Assembly (NCBI RefSeq): GCF_009914755.1
Contig: NC_060948.1
DNA from: the human T2T-CHM13v2.0 reference genome, Homo sapiens
Direction: 5' to 3' (one strand)
DNA length: 64,000 bases
The position numbers and the translations under genes were made by a program. Position 1 is the stretch's first letter; each line of letters begins with the position of its first letter. Below are positions 26,701-41,000 of the stretch, in pieces. The notes under the pieces were generated by a model that made no database searches, was not told where the DNA came from, and was given only the letters and a program-made list of their open reading frames with translations.

Positions 26701-29700
26701 GAAAGGAATGGAATAAAATGGAAGAAAACTGGCAAGAAATGGAGTCGAAATGAATGGAGTGTTATGGAACCGACTCAAAAGGAATTGAATGTAATAGAAT
26801 GGAGTGGAGTGGACTCGAATATAATGGACTGGAATGGAATGAAATCACATGGAATGGGAACGAATGGAATGGAATGGAAAGGAATGGAATAGAATGGAAA
26901 GGAATCGAATGGAAGGGAATGAAATTGAATCAACAGGAATGGAAGGGAGTAGAATAGATGGTAATGGAATGGACTCGAATAGAATGGACACGAATGCTCA
27001 AATTGAATGGACTCGAATGGAATGGAAACGAAAGGAATGTCATCGAATGGAATTGAATCGATTGGAATGAAATCACATAGAATGGAGTGGAATCAAATGG
27101 AATTGAATCGAAAGGAAAGGAAGCGAATGGACTGAAATGAAATGGAATGGAATTGAATGGAAATTAATGCAATGGAATAGAATGGAACGAAATTTCACGG
27201 AATGGAATCAAACTGAATGGAATCAAATCAATGGAATCAAATCAAATGGAATGGAAAGGAATTGAATGGAGTAGATTGGATTGGATGGGATTGGAATGAA
27301 ATGTACTGGAAAGGACTTGAATTTCATGAAACGGAATGGAATGAATTGGAACGGAATGGACTCGAATGGAATGGAATGTCATGGAATGGCATCAAATGGA
27401 ATGGAATCGAATGCGATGGAATGCTATGGAATGGAATGGAATGCATTGGAATGGAATGTCCTCTAATGGAATGTATTCGAGTGGAATGGAATCGAATATA
27501 ATGGAGTCTAATGAAATGGAATTGAAAGGAATGGGACCGAATACAATGGAATATACTGGAATGTAATGTAATGAACTCGAATGTAATTGACTGGAATGGA
27601 ATGTACATGAATGGAATGTAATCGAATGGAAAGCAATCCAATGGAATAGAATCTAATGCAATAAAATCGACTCAAATAGAGTAGAATGTAATGGAATGGA
27701 GTGCAGTGCAATGGAATGGAATGGAATGGAATGCAATGGAATGGAATGGAATGGAATGGAATGGGATGGAATGGTATGGAATGGATAGTAATGGACTGGA
27801 GTGAAATGGACTGGAAAAGAATGGACTCAAATTGAAAGGGCTCGAAAGGAATGGAGTCAAATGGAATGGTCTGGAATGGAATGAACACGAATGTAATGCA
27901 ATCCAATGGAATGGAATCGAATGGCATGGAATATAAAGAAATGGAATCGAAGAGAATGGAAACAAATGGAATGGAATTGAATGGAATGGAATTGAATGGA
28001 ATGGGAACGAATGGAGTGAAATTGTATGCAGTAGAAGAGAATAGAATTGAATGCAAGCGAAAGGAAAGGAATGGATTGGAATGGAATGGAATTCATTGGA
28101 ATGGAAGGGAATGTAGTGTAATGGACAGGCCTGGAATAAAGTGGAATGCTACGGTCTCGAATGGAATAAAAATGTATGGAATGGAATGCAATGAAACGGA
28201 ATCGAATGTCATAGAATGTAATGGAATGCAAAAAAAATGGACTCCAAAATCATTGACTGGAAAGGCTGGGTGTCGAAAGGAATTGACTCCAATGGAATGG
28301 AAGTGAATAGAATCGAACTAAATCGAATGGAATGGAATTGATAGGAACGGAATGGAAAGGAATGCAATGATTTGGCATGGAATGGAATCGAATGGCATCG
28401 AATGGAATGGAATGGAATGCAATGGAATGGAATGTATTAGAATGTAATGAACTTTAATGGAATGTACTCGAATGGATTCGACTGGAATGGAATGTTCTCG
28501 AAGTGAATGGACTCCAATGGAATGGATTCGAAAGGAATGGAATCTAATGGAATGGAATTAAATGGAAATGAATCAAATTGAATAGAACGGAATTGAATTG
28601 AATGGAATCGAATGCAATGGAATCTAATGAAACGGAAAGGAAAGGAATGGAATGGATTGGAATGGAATGGGCTGGAATGGAATGGAATCGAAACGAATGG
28701 AATGGAATCGAACTGAAGAGACTGGAATGGAATGCACTGGAATGGAAGGGAATGTAATGGAAGGTTCTCGAAAAAAATGGAATCGAAAGGAATGGAATTG
28801 AATGGAACGGAATAGATTCGAATGGAATTCAATGGAATGGAATGGACTAGAGTGAAATGGAATCGAACCACAAGGAATGGACAGGAATAGAATGGTCTCG
28901 AATTGAATGGAATCGTATGGAATGGCATCAAACGGAATGGAATGGACAGCCACGGAATGGAATGGACACCCACGGAATGGAATGCACTCGAATGCAATGG
29001 AGTCGACACTAATGGACTGGAATAGAATGGACTCGACTGGTACGGACTCCAATGGAATGGAATCGAATGGAAGGGAATGGAACGGAATGGACTCGAAGGG
29101 AAAAGACTGCAATGGAAAGGTCTCGAATGGAATGGAAATTAATGGAATGGAATGGAATCGAATGAAATGGAGTCAAAAGGAATGGAATCGAATGGCAAGA
29201 AATCGAATGTAATGGAATCGCAAGGAATTGATGTGAACGGAGCGGAATGGAATGGAATCCAAAGGAATGGAATAGAATGGAATGGAATCGAATGGAAAGG
29301 ACTCGAATGGAAATCACTCGAATAGAATGCAATTTAATAAAATAGGATCAAATGTAATGGAATGGAATGGAAAGGAATCGAAACGAAAGGAATGGAGACA
29401 GATGGAATGGAATGGAACAGAGAGCAATGGTATAGAATGGAATGGAATCATCTGGAATGGAATTGAATGGAATGGAATAATATGAAATGGAATGGAATGG
29501 AATGGAATGCCCTTGAATTAAATGGACTGGAATGGAATGGACTCGAACAGAGTGGAATGGAAAGTGTTGAAATAGAATGGAATGGACTCGTTTGGAATGG
29601 TCTAGTATGCAATGCAATAGACTGGCAGGGAATCAAAAGGAATGTAATCGAATGGATTGGACTGGAATGCAATGGACTCGAATAGATTGGAAACGGAAAG

Positions 29701-32700
29701 CAAAGGAATGGAATGGAATAGTATGGAATGGAATGGAAAGGAATGGAGTGGAATAGACTAGAGTGGAATGGAATGGACTCGAAAGCAATGGACTGGAATG
29801 GAACTTTCTTGAATGGACTGGAATCAAACGGAATGGAATGCAATGCAATCAAATGGCATGGAATAAAATAGAATGAAAGAGAATCAAATGGAATTGAATC
29901 GAATGGAATCGAATGGATTGGAAAGGAATAGAATGGAATGGAATGGAATTGACTCAAATGGAATGGACTAGAATGGAATGGATTCGAATGGAAGGCAAAG
30001 GAATGGAATCTATTGGAATGGACTGTAATGGAATGGAATGGAAGGGATTGGAATGGACTCGAATGGAATGGACTGCCATAGAAAGGATTCGAATGGAATG
30101 AAAAAGAATTGAATGGAATAGAACAGAATGGAATCAAATCGAATGAAATGGAATGGAATAGAAAGGAATGGAATGAAATGGAATGGAAAGGATTCGAATG
30201 GAATGCAATCGAATGGAATGCAATCGAACAGAATGGAATAAAATGGAAGAAAACTGGCAAGAAATGGAGTCGAAATGAATGGAGTGTTATGGAGCCGACT
30301 CAAAAGGAATTGAATGTAATAGAATGGAGTGGAGTGGACTCGAATATAATGGACTGGAATGGAATGAAATCACATGGAATGGGAACGAATGGAATGGAAT
30401 GGAAAGGAATGGAATAGAATGGAAAGGAATCGAATGGATGGGAATGAAATTGAATCAACAGGAATGGAAGGGAGTAGAATAGACGGTAATGGAATGGACT
30501 CGAATAGAATGGACACGAATGCTCAAATTGAATGGACTCGAATGGAATGCAAACGAAAGGAATGTCATCGAATGGAATTGAATCGATTGGAATGAAATCA
30601 CATAGAATGGAGTGGAATCAAATGGAATTGAATCGAAAGGAAAGGAAGCGAATGGACTGAAATGAAATGGAATGGAATTGAATGGAAATTAATGCAATGG
30701 AATAGAATGGAACGAAATTTCACGGAATGGAATCAAACTGAATGGAATCAAATCAATGGAATCAAATCAAATGGAATGGAAAGGAATTGAATGGAGTAGA
30801 TTGGATTGGATGGGATTGGAATGAAATGTACTGGAAAGGACTCGAATTTCATGAAACGGAATGGAATGAATTAGAACGGAATGGACTCGAATGGAATGGA
30901 ATGTCATGGAATGGCATCAAATGGAATGGAATCGAATGCGATGGAATGCTATGGAATGGAATGGAATGCATTGGAATGGAATGTCCTCTATAGGAATGTA
31001 TTCGAGTGGAATGGAATCGAATATAATGGAGTCTAATGAATTGGAATTGAAAGGAATAGGACCGAATACAATGGAATATACTGGAATGTAATGTAATGAA
31101 CTCGAATGTAATTGACTGGAATGGAATGTACATGAATGGAATGTAATCGAATGGAAAGCAATCCAATGGAATAGAATCTAATGCAATAAAATCGACTCAA
31201 ATAGAGTAGAATGTAATGGAATGGAGTGCAGTGCAATGGAATGGAATGGAATGGAATGCAATGGAATGGAATGGAATGGAATGGAATGGGATGGAATGGT
31301 ATGGAATGGATAGTAATGGACTGGAGTGAAATGGACTGGAAAAGAATGGACTCAAATTGAAAGGGCTCGAAAGGAATGGAGTCAAATGGAATGGTCTGGA
31401 ATGGAATGAACACGAATGTAATGCAATCCAATGGAATGGAATCGAATGGCATGGAATATAAAGAAATGGAATCGAAGAGAATGGAAACAAATGGAATGGA
31501 ATTGAATGGAATGGAATTGAATGGAATGGGAACGAATGGAGTGAAATTGTATGCACTAGAAGAGAATAGAATGGAATGCAAGCGAAAGGAAAGGAATGGA
31601 TTGGAATGGAATGGAATTCATTGGAATGGAAGGGAATGTAGTGTAATGGACAGGCCTGGAATAAAGTGGAATGCTACGGTCTCGAATGGAATAAAAATAT
31701 ATGGAATGGAATGCAATGAAACGGAATCGAATGTCATAGAATGTAATGGAATGCAAAAAAATGGACTCCAAAATCATTGACTGGAAAGGCTGGGTGTCGA
31801 AAGGAATTGACTCCAATGGAATGGAATCGAATGGAATGGAAGTGAATAGAATGGAACTAAATCGAATGGAATGGAATTGATAGGAACGGAATGGAAAGGA
31901 ATGCAATGATTTGGCATGGAATGGAATCGAATGGCATCGAATGGAATGGAATGGAATGCAATGGAATGGAATGTATTAGAAAGTAATGAACTTAATGGAA
32001 TGTACTCGAATGGATTCGACTGGAATGGAATGTTCTGGAAGTGAATGGACTCCAATGGAATGGATTCGAAAGGAATGGAATCTAATGGAATGGAATTAAA
32101 TGGAAATGAATCAAATTGAATAGAACGGAATTGAATTGAATGGAATCGAATGCAATGGAATCTAATGAAACGGAAAGGAAAGGAATGGAATGGATTGGAA
32201 TGGAATGGGCTGGAATGGAATGGAATCGAAACGAATGGAATGGAATCGAACTGAAGAGACTGGAATGGAATGCACTGGAATGGAAGGGAATGTAATGGAA
32301 GGTTCTCGAAAAAAATGGAATCGAAAGGAATGGAATTGAATGGAACGGAATAGAGTCGAATGGAATTCAATGGAATGGAATGGACTAGAGTGAAATGGAA
32401 TCGAACCACAAGGAATGGACAGGAATAGAATGGTCTCGAATTGAATGGAATCGTATGGAATGGCATCAAACGGAATGGAATGGACAGCCACGGAATGGAA
32501 TGGACAGCCACGGAATGGAATGCACTCGAATGCAATGGAGTCGACACTAATGGACTGGAATAGAATGGACTCGACTGGTACGGACTCCAATGGAATGGAA
32601 TCGAATGGAAGGGAATCGAACGGAATGGACTCGAAGGGAAAAGACTGCAATGGAAAGGTCTCGAATGGAATGGAAATTAATGGAATGGAATGGAATCGAA

Positions 32701-35700
32701 TGAAATGGAGTCAAAAGGAATGGAATCGAATGGCAAGAAATCGAATGTAATGGAATCGCAAGGAATGGATGTGAACGGAACGGAATGGAATGGAATCCAA
32801 AGGAATGGAATAGAATGGAATGGAATCGAATGGAAAGGACTCGAATGGAAATCACTCGAATAGAATGCAATTTAATAAAATAGGATCAAATGTAATGGAA
32901 TGGAATGGAAAGGAATCGAAACGAAAGGAATGGAGACAGATGGAATGGAATGGAACAGAGAGCAATGGTATAGAATGGAATGGAATCATCTGGAATGGAA
33001 TTGAATGGAATGGAATAATATGAAATGGAATGGAATGGAATGGAATGCCCTTGAATTAAATGGACTGGAATGGAATGGACTCGAACAGAGTGGAATGGAA
33101 AGTGTTGAAATAGAATGGAATGGACTCGTTTGGAATGGTCTAGTATGCAATGCAATAGACTGGCAGGGAATCAAAAGGAATGTAATCGAATGGATTGGAC
33201 TGGAATGCAATGGACTCGAATAGATTGGAAACGGAAAGCAAAGGAATGGAATGGAATAGTATGGAATGGAATGGAAAGGAATGGAGTGGAATAGACTAGA
33301 GTGGAATGGAATGGACTCGAAAGCAATGGACTGGAATGGAACTTTCTTGAATGGACTGGAATCAAACGGAATGGAATGCAATGCAATCAAATGGCATGGA
33401 ATAAAATAGAATGAAAGAGAATGAAATGGAATTGAATCGAATGGAATCGAATGGATTGGAAAGGAATAGAATGGAATGGAATGGAATTGACTCAAATGGA
33501 ATGGACTAGAATGGAATGGATTCGAATGGAAGGCAAAGGAATGGAATCTATTGGAATGGACTGTAATGGAATGGAATGGAAGGGATTGGAATGGACTCGA
33601 ATGGAATGGACTGCCATAGAAAGGATTCGAATGGAATGAAAAAGAATTGAATGGAATAGAACAGAATGGAATCAAATCGAATGAAATGGAATGGAATAGA
33701 AAGGAATGGAATGAAATGGAATGCAAAGGATTCGAATGGAATGTAATCGAATGGAATGCAATCGAATGGAATGGAATCGAACGGAATGGAATAAAATGGA
33801 AGAAAACTGGCAAGAAATGGAATCGAAATGAATGGAGTGTTATGGAACGGACTCAAAAGGAATTGAATGTAATAGAATGGAGTGGAGTGGACTCGAATAT
33901 AATGGACTGGAATGGAATGAAATCACATGGAATGGGAACGAATGGAATGGAATGGAAAGGAATGGAATCGAATGGAAAGGAATCGAATGGAAGGGAATGA
34001 AATTGAATCAACAGGAATGGAAGGGAGTAGAATAGACGGTAATGGAATGGACTCGAATAGAATGGACACGAATGCTCAAATTGAATGGACTCGAATGGAA
34101 TGGAAACGAAAGGAATGTCATCGAATGGAATTGAATCGATTGGAATGAAATCACATAGAATGGAGTGGAATCAAATGGAATTGAATCGAAAGGAAAGGAA
34201 GCGAATGGACTGAAATGAAATGGAATGGAATTGAATGGAAATTAATGCAATGGAATAGAATGGAACGAAATTTCACGGAATGGAATCAAACTGAATGGAA
34301 TCAAATCAATGGAATATAATCAAATGGAATGGAAAGGAATTGAATGGAGTAGATTGGATTGGATGGGATTGGAATGAAATGTACTGGAAAGGACTCGAAT
34401 TTCATGAAACGGAAAGGAATGAATTAGAACGGAATGGACTCGAATGGAATGGAATGTCATGGAATGGCATCAAATGGAATGGAATCGAATGCGATGGAAT
34501 GCTATGGAATGGAATGGAATGCATTGGAATGGAATGTCCTCTAATGGAATGTATTCGAGTGGAATGGAATCGAATATAATGGAGTCTAATGAAAGGGAAT
34601 TGAAAGGAATGGGACCGAATACAATGGAATATACTGGAATGTAATGTAATGAACTCGAATGTAATTGACTGGAATGGAATGTACATGAATGGAATGTAAT
34701 CGAATGGAAAGCAATCCAATGGAATAGAATCTAATGCAATAAAATCGACTCAGATAGAGTAGAATGTAATGGAATGGAGTGCAGTGCAATGGAATGGAAT
34801 GGAATGGAATGCAATGGAATGGAATGGAATGGAATGGAATGGGATGGAATGGTATGGAATGGATAGTAATGGACTGGAGTGAAATGGACTGGAAAAGAAT
34901 GGACTCAAATTGAAACGTCTCGAAAGGAATGGAGTCAAATGGAATGGTCTGGAATGGAATGAACACGAATGTAATGCAATCCAATAGAATGGAATCGAAT
35001 GGCATGGAATATAAAGAAATGGAATCGAAGAGAATGGAAACAAATGGAATGGAATTGAATGGAATGGAATTGAATGGAATGGGAACGAATGGAGTGAAAT
35101 TGTATGCAGTAGAAGAGAATAGAATGGAATGCAAGCGAAAGGAAAGGAATGGATTGGAATGGAATGGAATTCATTGGAATGGAAGGGAATGTAGTGTAAT
35201 GGACAGGCCTGGAATAAAGTGGAATGCTACGGTCTCGAATGGAATAAAAATGTATGGAATGGAATGCAATGAAACGGAATCGAATGTCATAGAATGTAAT
35301 GGAATGCAAAAAAATGGACTCCAAAATCATTGACTGGAAAGGCTGGGTGTCGAAAGGAATTGACTCCAATGGAATGGAATCGAATGGAATGGAAGTGAAT
35401 AGATTGGAACTAAATCGAATGGAATGGAATTGATAGGAACGGAATGGAAAGGAATGCAATGATTTGGCATGGAATGGAATCGAATGGCATCGAATGGAAT
35501 GGAATGGAATGCAATGGAATGGAATGTATTAGAATGTAATGAACTTTAATGGAATGTACTCGAATGGATTCGACTGGAATGGAATGTTCTTGAAGTGAAT
35601 GGACTCCAATTGAATGGATTCGAAAGGAATGGAATCTAATGGAATGGAATTAAATGGAAATGAATCAAATTGAATAGAACGGAATTGAATTGAATGGAAT

Positions 35701-38700
35701 CGAATGCAATGGAATCTAATGAAACGGAAAGGAAAGGAATGGAATGGATTGGAATGGAATGGGCTGGAATGGAATGGAATCGAAACGAATGGAATGGAAT
35801 CGAACTGAAGAGACTGGAATGGAATGCACTGGAATGGAAGGGAATGTAATGGAAGGTTCTCGAAAAAAATGGAATCGAAAGGAATGGAATTGAATGGAAC
35901 GGAATAGAGTCGAATGGAATTCAATGGAATGGAATGGACTAGAGTGAAATGGAATCGAACCACAAGGAATGGACAGGAATAGAATGGTCTCGAATTGAAT
36001 GGAATCGTATGGAATGGCATCAAACGGAATGGAATGGACAGCCACGGAATGGAATGCACTCGAATGCAATGGAGTCGACACTAATGGACTGGAATAGAAT
36101 GGACTCGACTGGTACGGACTCCAATGGAATGGAATCGAATGGAAGGGAATCGAACGGAATGGACTCGAAGGGAAAAGACTGCAATGGAAAGGTCTCGAAT
36201 GGAATGGAAATTAATGGAATGGAATGGAATCGAATGAAATGGAGTCAAAAGGAATGGAATCGAATGGCAAGAAATCGAATGTAATGGAATCGCAAGGAAT
36301 TGATGTGAACGGAATGGAATGGAATGGAATCGAAAGGGATGGAATGGAATCGAATGGAAAGGACTCGAATGGAAATCACTCGAATAGAATGCAATTTAAT
36401 AAAATAGGATCAAATGTAATGGAATGGAATGGAAAGGAATCGAAACGAAAGGAATGGAGACAGATGGAATGGAATGGAACAGAGAGCAATGGTATAGAAT
36501 GGAATGGAATCATCTGGAATGGAATTGAATGGAATGGAATAAGATGAAATGGAATGGAATGGAATGGAATGCCCTTGAATTAAATGGACTGGAATGGAAT
36601 GGACTCGAACAGAGTGGAATGGAAAGTGTTGAAATAGAATGGAATGGACTCCTTTGGAATGGTCTAGTATGCAATGCAATCGACTGGCAGAGAATCAAGG
36701 GGAATGTAATCGAATGGAAAGGACTGGAATGCAATGGAATCGAATAGATTGGAAACGGAAAGCAAAGGAATGGAATGGAATAGTATGGAATGGAATGGAA
36801 AGGAATGGAGTGGAATAGACTAGAGTGGAATGGAATGGACTCGAAAGCAATGGACTGGAATGGAACTTTCTTGAATGGACTGGAATCAAACGGAATGGAA
36901 TGCAATGCAATCAAATGGCATGGAATAAAATAGAATGAAAGAGAATGAAATGGAATTGAATCGAATGGAATCGAATGGATTGGAAAGGAATAGAATGGAA
37001 TGGAATGGAATTGACTCAAATGGAATGGACTAGAATGGAATGGATTCGAATGGAAGGCAAAGGAATGGAATCTATTGGAATGGACTGTAATGGAATGGAA
37101 TGTAAGGGATTGGAATGGACTCAAATGGAATGGACTGCAATAGAAAGGATTCGAATGGAATGAAAAAGAATTGAATGGAATAAAACAGAATGGAATCAAA
37201 TCGAATGAAATGGAATGGAATAGAAAGGAATGGAAAGGATTCGAATGGAATGCAATCAAATGGAATGCAATCGAATGGAATGGAATCGAACGGAATGGAA
37301 TAAAATGGAAGAAAACTGGCAAGAAATGGAATCGAAATGAATGGAGTGTTATGGAACGGACTCAAAAGGAATTGAATGTAATAGAATGGAGTGGAGTGGA
37401 CTCGAATATAATGGACTGGAATGGAATGAAATCACATGGAATGGGAACGAATGGAATGGAATGGAAAGGAATGGAATCGAATGGAAAGGAATCGAATGGA
37501 AGGGAATGAAATTGAATCAACAGGAATGGAAGGGAGTAGAATAGACGGTAATGGAATGGACTCGAATAGAATGGACACGAATGCTCAAATTGAATGGACT
37601 CGAATGGAATGGAAACGAAAGGAATGTCATCGAATGGAATTGAATCGATTGGAATGAAATCACATAGAATGGAGTGGAATCAAATAGAATTGAATCGAAA
37701 GGAAAGGAAGCGAATGGACTGAAATGAAATGGAATGGAATTGAATGGAAATTAACGCAATGGAATAGAATGGAACGAAATTTCACGGAATGGAATCAAAC
37801 TGAATGGAATCAAATCAATGGAATATAATCAAATGGAATGGAAAGGAATTGAATGGAGTAGATTGGATTGGATGGGATTGGAATGAAATGTACTGGAAAG
37901 GACTCGAATTTCATGAAACGGAATGGAATGAATTAGAACGGAATGGACTCGAATGGAATGGAATGTCATGGAATGGCATCAAATGGAATGGAATCGAATG
38001 CAATGGAATGCTATGGAATGGAATGGAATGCATTGGAATGGAATGTCCTCTAATGGAATGTATTCGAGTGGAATGGAATCGAATATAATGGAGTCTAATG
38101 AAAGGGAATTGAAAGGAATGGGACCGAATACAATGGAATATACTGGAATGTAATGTAATGAACTCGAATGTAATTGACTGGAATGGAATGTACATGAATG
38201 GAATGTAATCGAATGGAAAGCAATCCAATGGAATAGAATCTAATGAAATAAAATCGACTCAAATAGAGTAGAATGTAATGGAATGGAGTGCAGTGCAATG
38301 GAATGGAATGGAATGGAATGCAATGGAATGGAATGGAATGGAATGGAATGGGATGGAATGGTATGGAATGGATAGTAATGGACTGGAGTGAAATGGACTG
38401 GAAAAGAATGGACTCAAATTGAAAGGTCTCGAAGGGAATGGAGTCAAATGGAATGGTCTGGAATGGAATGAACACGAATGTAATGCAATCCAATAGAATG
38501 GAATCGAATGGCATGGAATATAAAGAAATGGAATCGAAGAGAATGGAAACAAATGGAATGGAATTGAATGGAATGGAATTGAATGGAATGGGAACGAATG
38601 GAGTGAAATTGTATGCAGTAGAAGAGAATAGAATGGAATGCAAGCGAAAGGAAAGGAATGGATTGGAATGGAATGGAATTCATTGGAATGGAAGGGAATG

Positions 38701-41000
38701 TAGTGTAATGGACAGGCCTGGAATAAAGTGGAATGCTACGGTCTCGAATGGAATAAAAATGTATGGAATGGAATGCAATGAAACGGAATCGAATGTCATA
38801 GAATGTAATGGAATGCAAAAAAATGGACTCCAAAATCATTGACTGGAAAGGCTGGGTGTCGAAAGGAATTGACTCCAATGGAATGGAATCGAATGGAATG
38901 GAAGTGAATAGAATGGAACTAAATCGAATGGAATGGAATTGATAGGAACGGAATGGAAAGGAATGCAATGATTTGGCATGGAATGGAATCGAATGGCATC
39001 GAATGGAATGGAATGGAATGCAATGGAATGGAATGTATTAGAATGTAATGAACTTTAATGGAATGTACTCGAATGGATTCGACTGGAATGGAATGTTCTT
39101 GAAGTGAATGGACTCCAATTGAATGGATTCGAAAGGAATGGAATCTAATGGAATGGAATTAAATGGAAATGAATCAAATTGAATAGAACGGAATTGAATT
39201 GAATGGAATCGAATGCAATGGAATCTAATGAAACGGAAAGGAAAGGAATGGAATGGATTGGAATGGAATGGGCTGGAATGGAATGGAATCGAAACGAATG
39301 GAATGGAATCGAACTGAAGAGACTGGAATGGAATGCACTGGAATGGAAGGGAATGTAATGGAAGGTTCTCGAAAAAAATGGAATCGAAAGGAATGGAATT
39401 GAATGGAACGGAATAGAGTCGAATGGAATTCAATGGAATGGAATGGACTAGAGTGAAATGGAATCGAACCACAAGGAATGGACAGGAATAGAATGGTCTC
39501 GAATTGAATGGAATCGTATGGAATGGCATCAAACGGAATGGAATGGACAGCCACGGAATGGAATGCACTCGAATGCAATGGAGTCGACACTAATGGACTG
39601 GAATAGAATGGACTCGACTGGTACGGACTCCAATGGAATGGAATCGAATGGAAGGGAATCGAACGGAATGGACTCGAAGGGAAAAGACTGCAATGGAAAG
39701 GTCTCGAATGGAATGGAAATTAATGGAATGGAATGGAATCGAATGAAATGGAGTCAAAAGGAATGGAATCGAATGGCAAGAAATCGAATGTAATGGAATC
39801 GCAAGGAATTGATGTGAACGGAACGGAATGGAATGGAATCGAAAGGGATGGAATGGAATCGAATGGAAAGGACTCGAATGGAAATCACTCGAATAGAATG
39901 CAATTTAATAAAATAGGATCAAATGTAATGGAATGGAATGGAAAGGAATCGAAACGAAAGGAATGGAGACAGATGGAATGGAATGGAACAGAGAGCAATG
40001 GTATAGAATGGAATGGAATCATCTGGAATGGAATTGAATGGAATGGAATAATATGAAATGGAATGGAATGGAATGGAATGCCCTTGAATTAAATGGACTG
40101 GAATGGAATGGACTCAAACAGAGTGGAATGGAAAGTGTTGAAATAGAATGGAATGGACTCGTTTGGAATGGTCTAGTATGCAATGCAATCGACTGGCAGG
40201 GAATCAAGAGGAATGTAATCGAATGGATTGGACTGGAATGCAATGGACTCGAATAGATTGGAAACGGAATGCAAAGGAATGGAATGGAATAGTATGGAAT
40301 GGAATGGAAAGGAATGGAGTGGAATAGACTAGAGTGGAATGGAATGGACTCGAAAGCAATGGACTGGAATGGAACTTTCTTGAATGGACTGGAATCAAAC
40401 GGAATGGAATGCAATGCAATCAAATGGCATGGAATAAAATAGAATGAAAGAGAATCAAATGGAATTGAATCGAATGGAATCGAATGGATTGGAAAGGAAT
40501 AGAATGGAATGGAATGGAATTGACTCAAATGCAATGGACTAGAATGGAATGGATTCGAATGGAAGGCAAAGGAATGGAATCTATTGGAATGGACTGTAAT
40601 GGAATGGAATGGAAGGGATTGGAATGGACTCGAATGGAATGGACTGCAATAGAAAGGATTCGAATGGAATGAAAAAGAATTGAATGGAATAGAACAGAAT
40701 GGAATCAAATCGAATGAAATGGAATGGAAGAGAAAGGAATGGAATGAAATGGAATGGAAAGGATTCGAATGGAATGCAATCGAATGGAATGCAATCGAAT
40801 GGAATGGAATCGAACGGAATGGAATAAAATGGAAGAAAACTGGCAAGAAATGGAATCGAAATGAATGGAGTGTTATGGAACGGACTCAAAAGGAATTGAA
40901 TGTAATAGAATGGAGTGGAGTGGACTCGAATATAATGGACTGGAATGGAATGAAATCACATGGAATGGGAACGAATGGAATGGAATGGAAAGGAATGGAA
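17700..41000 (+). repeat. DYZ1 sub-block B: SalI-positive, BsiWI-negative subfamily (U6, U8-U12; U7 is an interposed other type)
   Basis: GTCGAC at 18379, 25462, 29002, 32540, 36074 and 39583. These units also have a 15-bp deletion removing CGTACG, an extra GAATTC (18202, 25285, 28825, 32363, 35917, 39426) and AATAGAACGG in place of AATAGCACGG. Confidence 0.88.
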
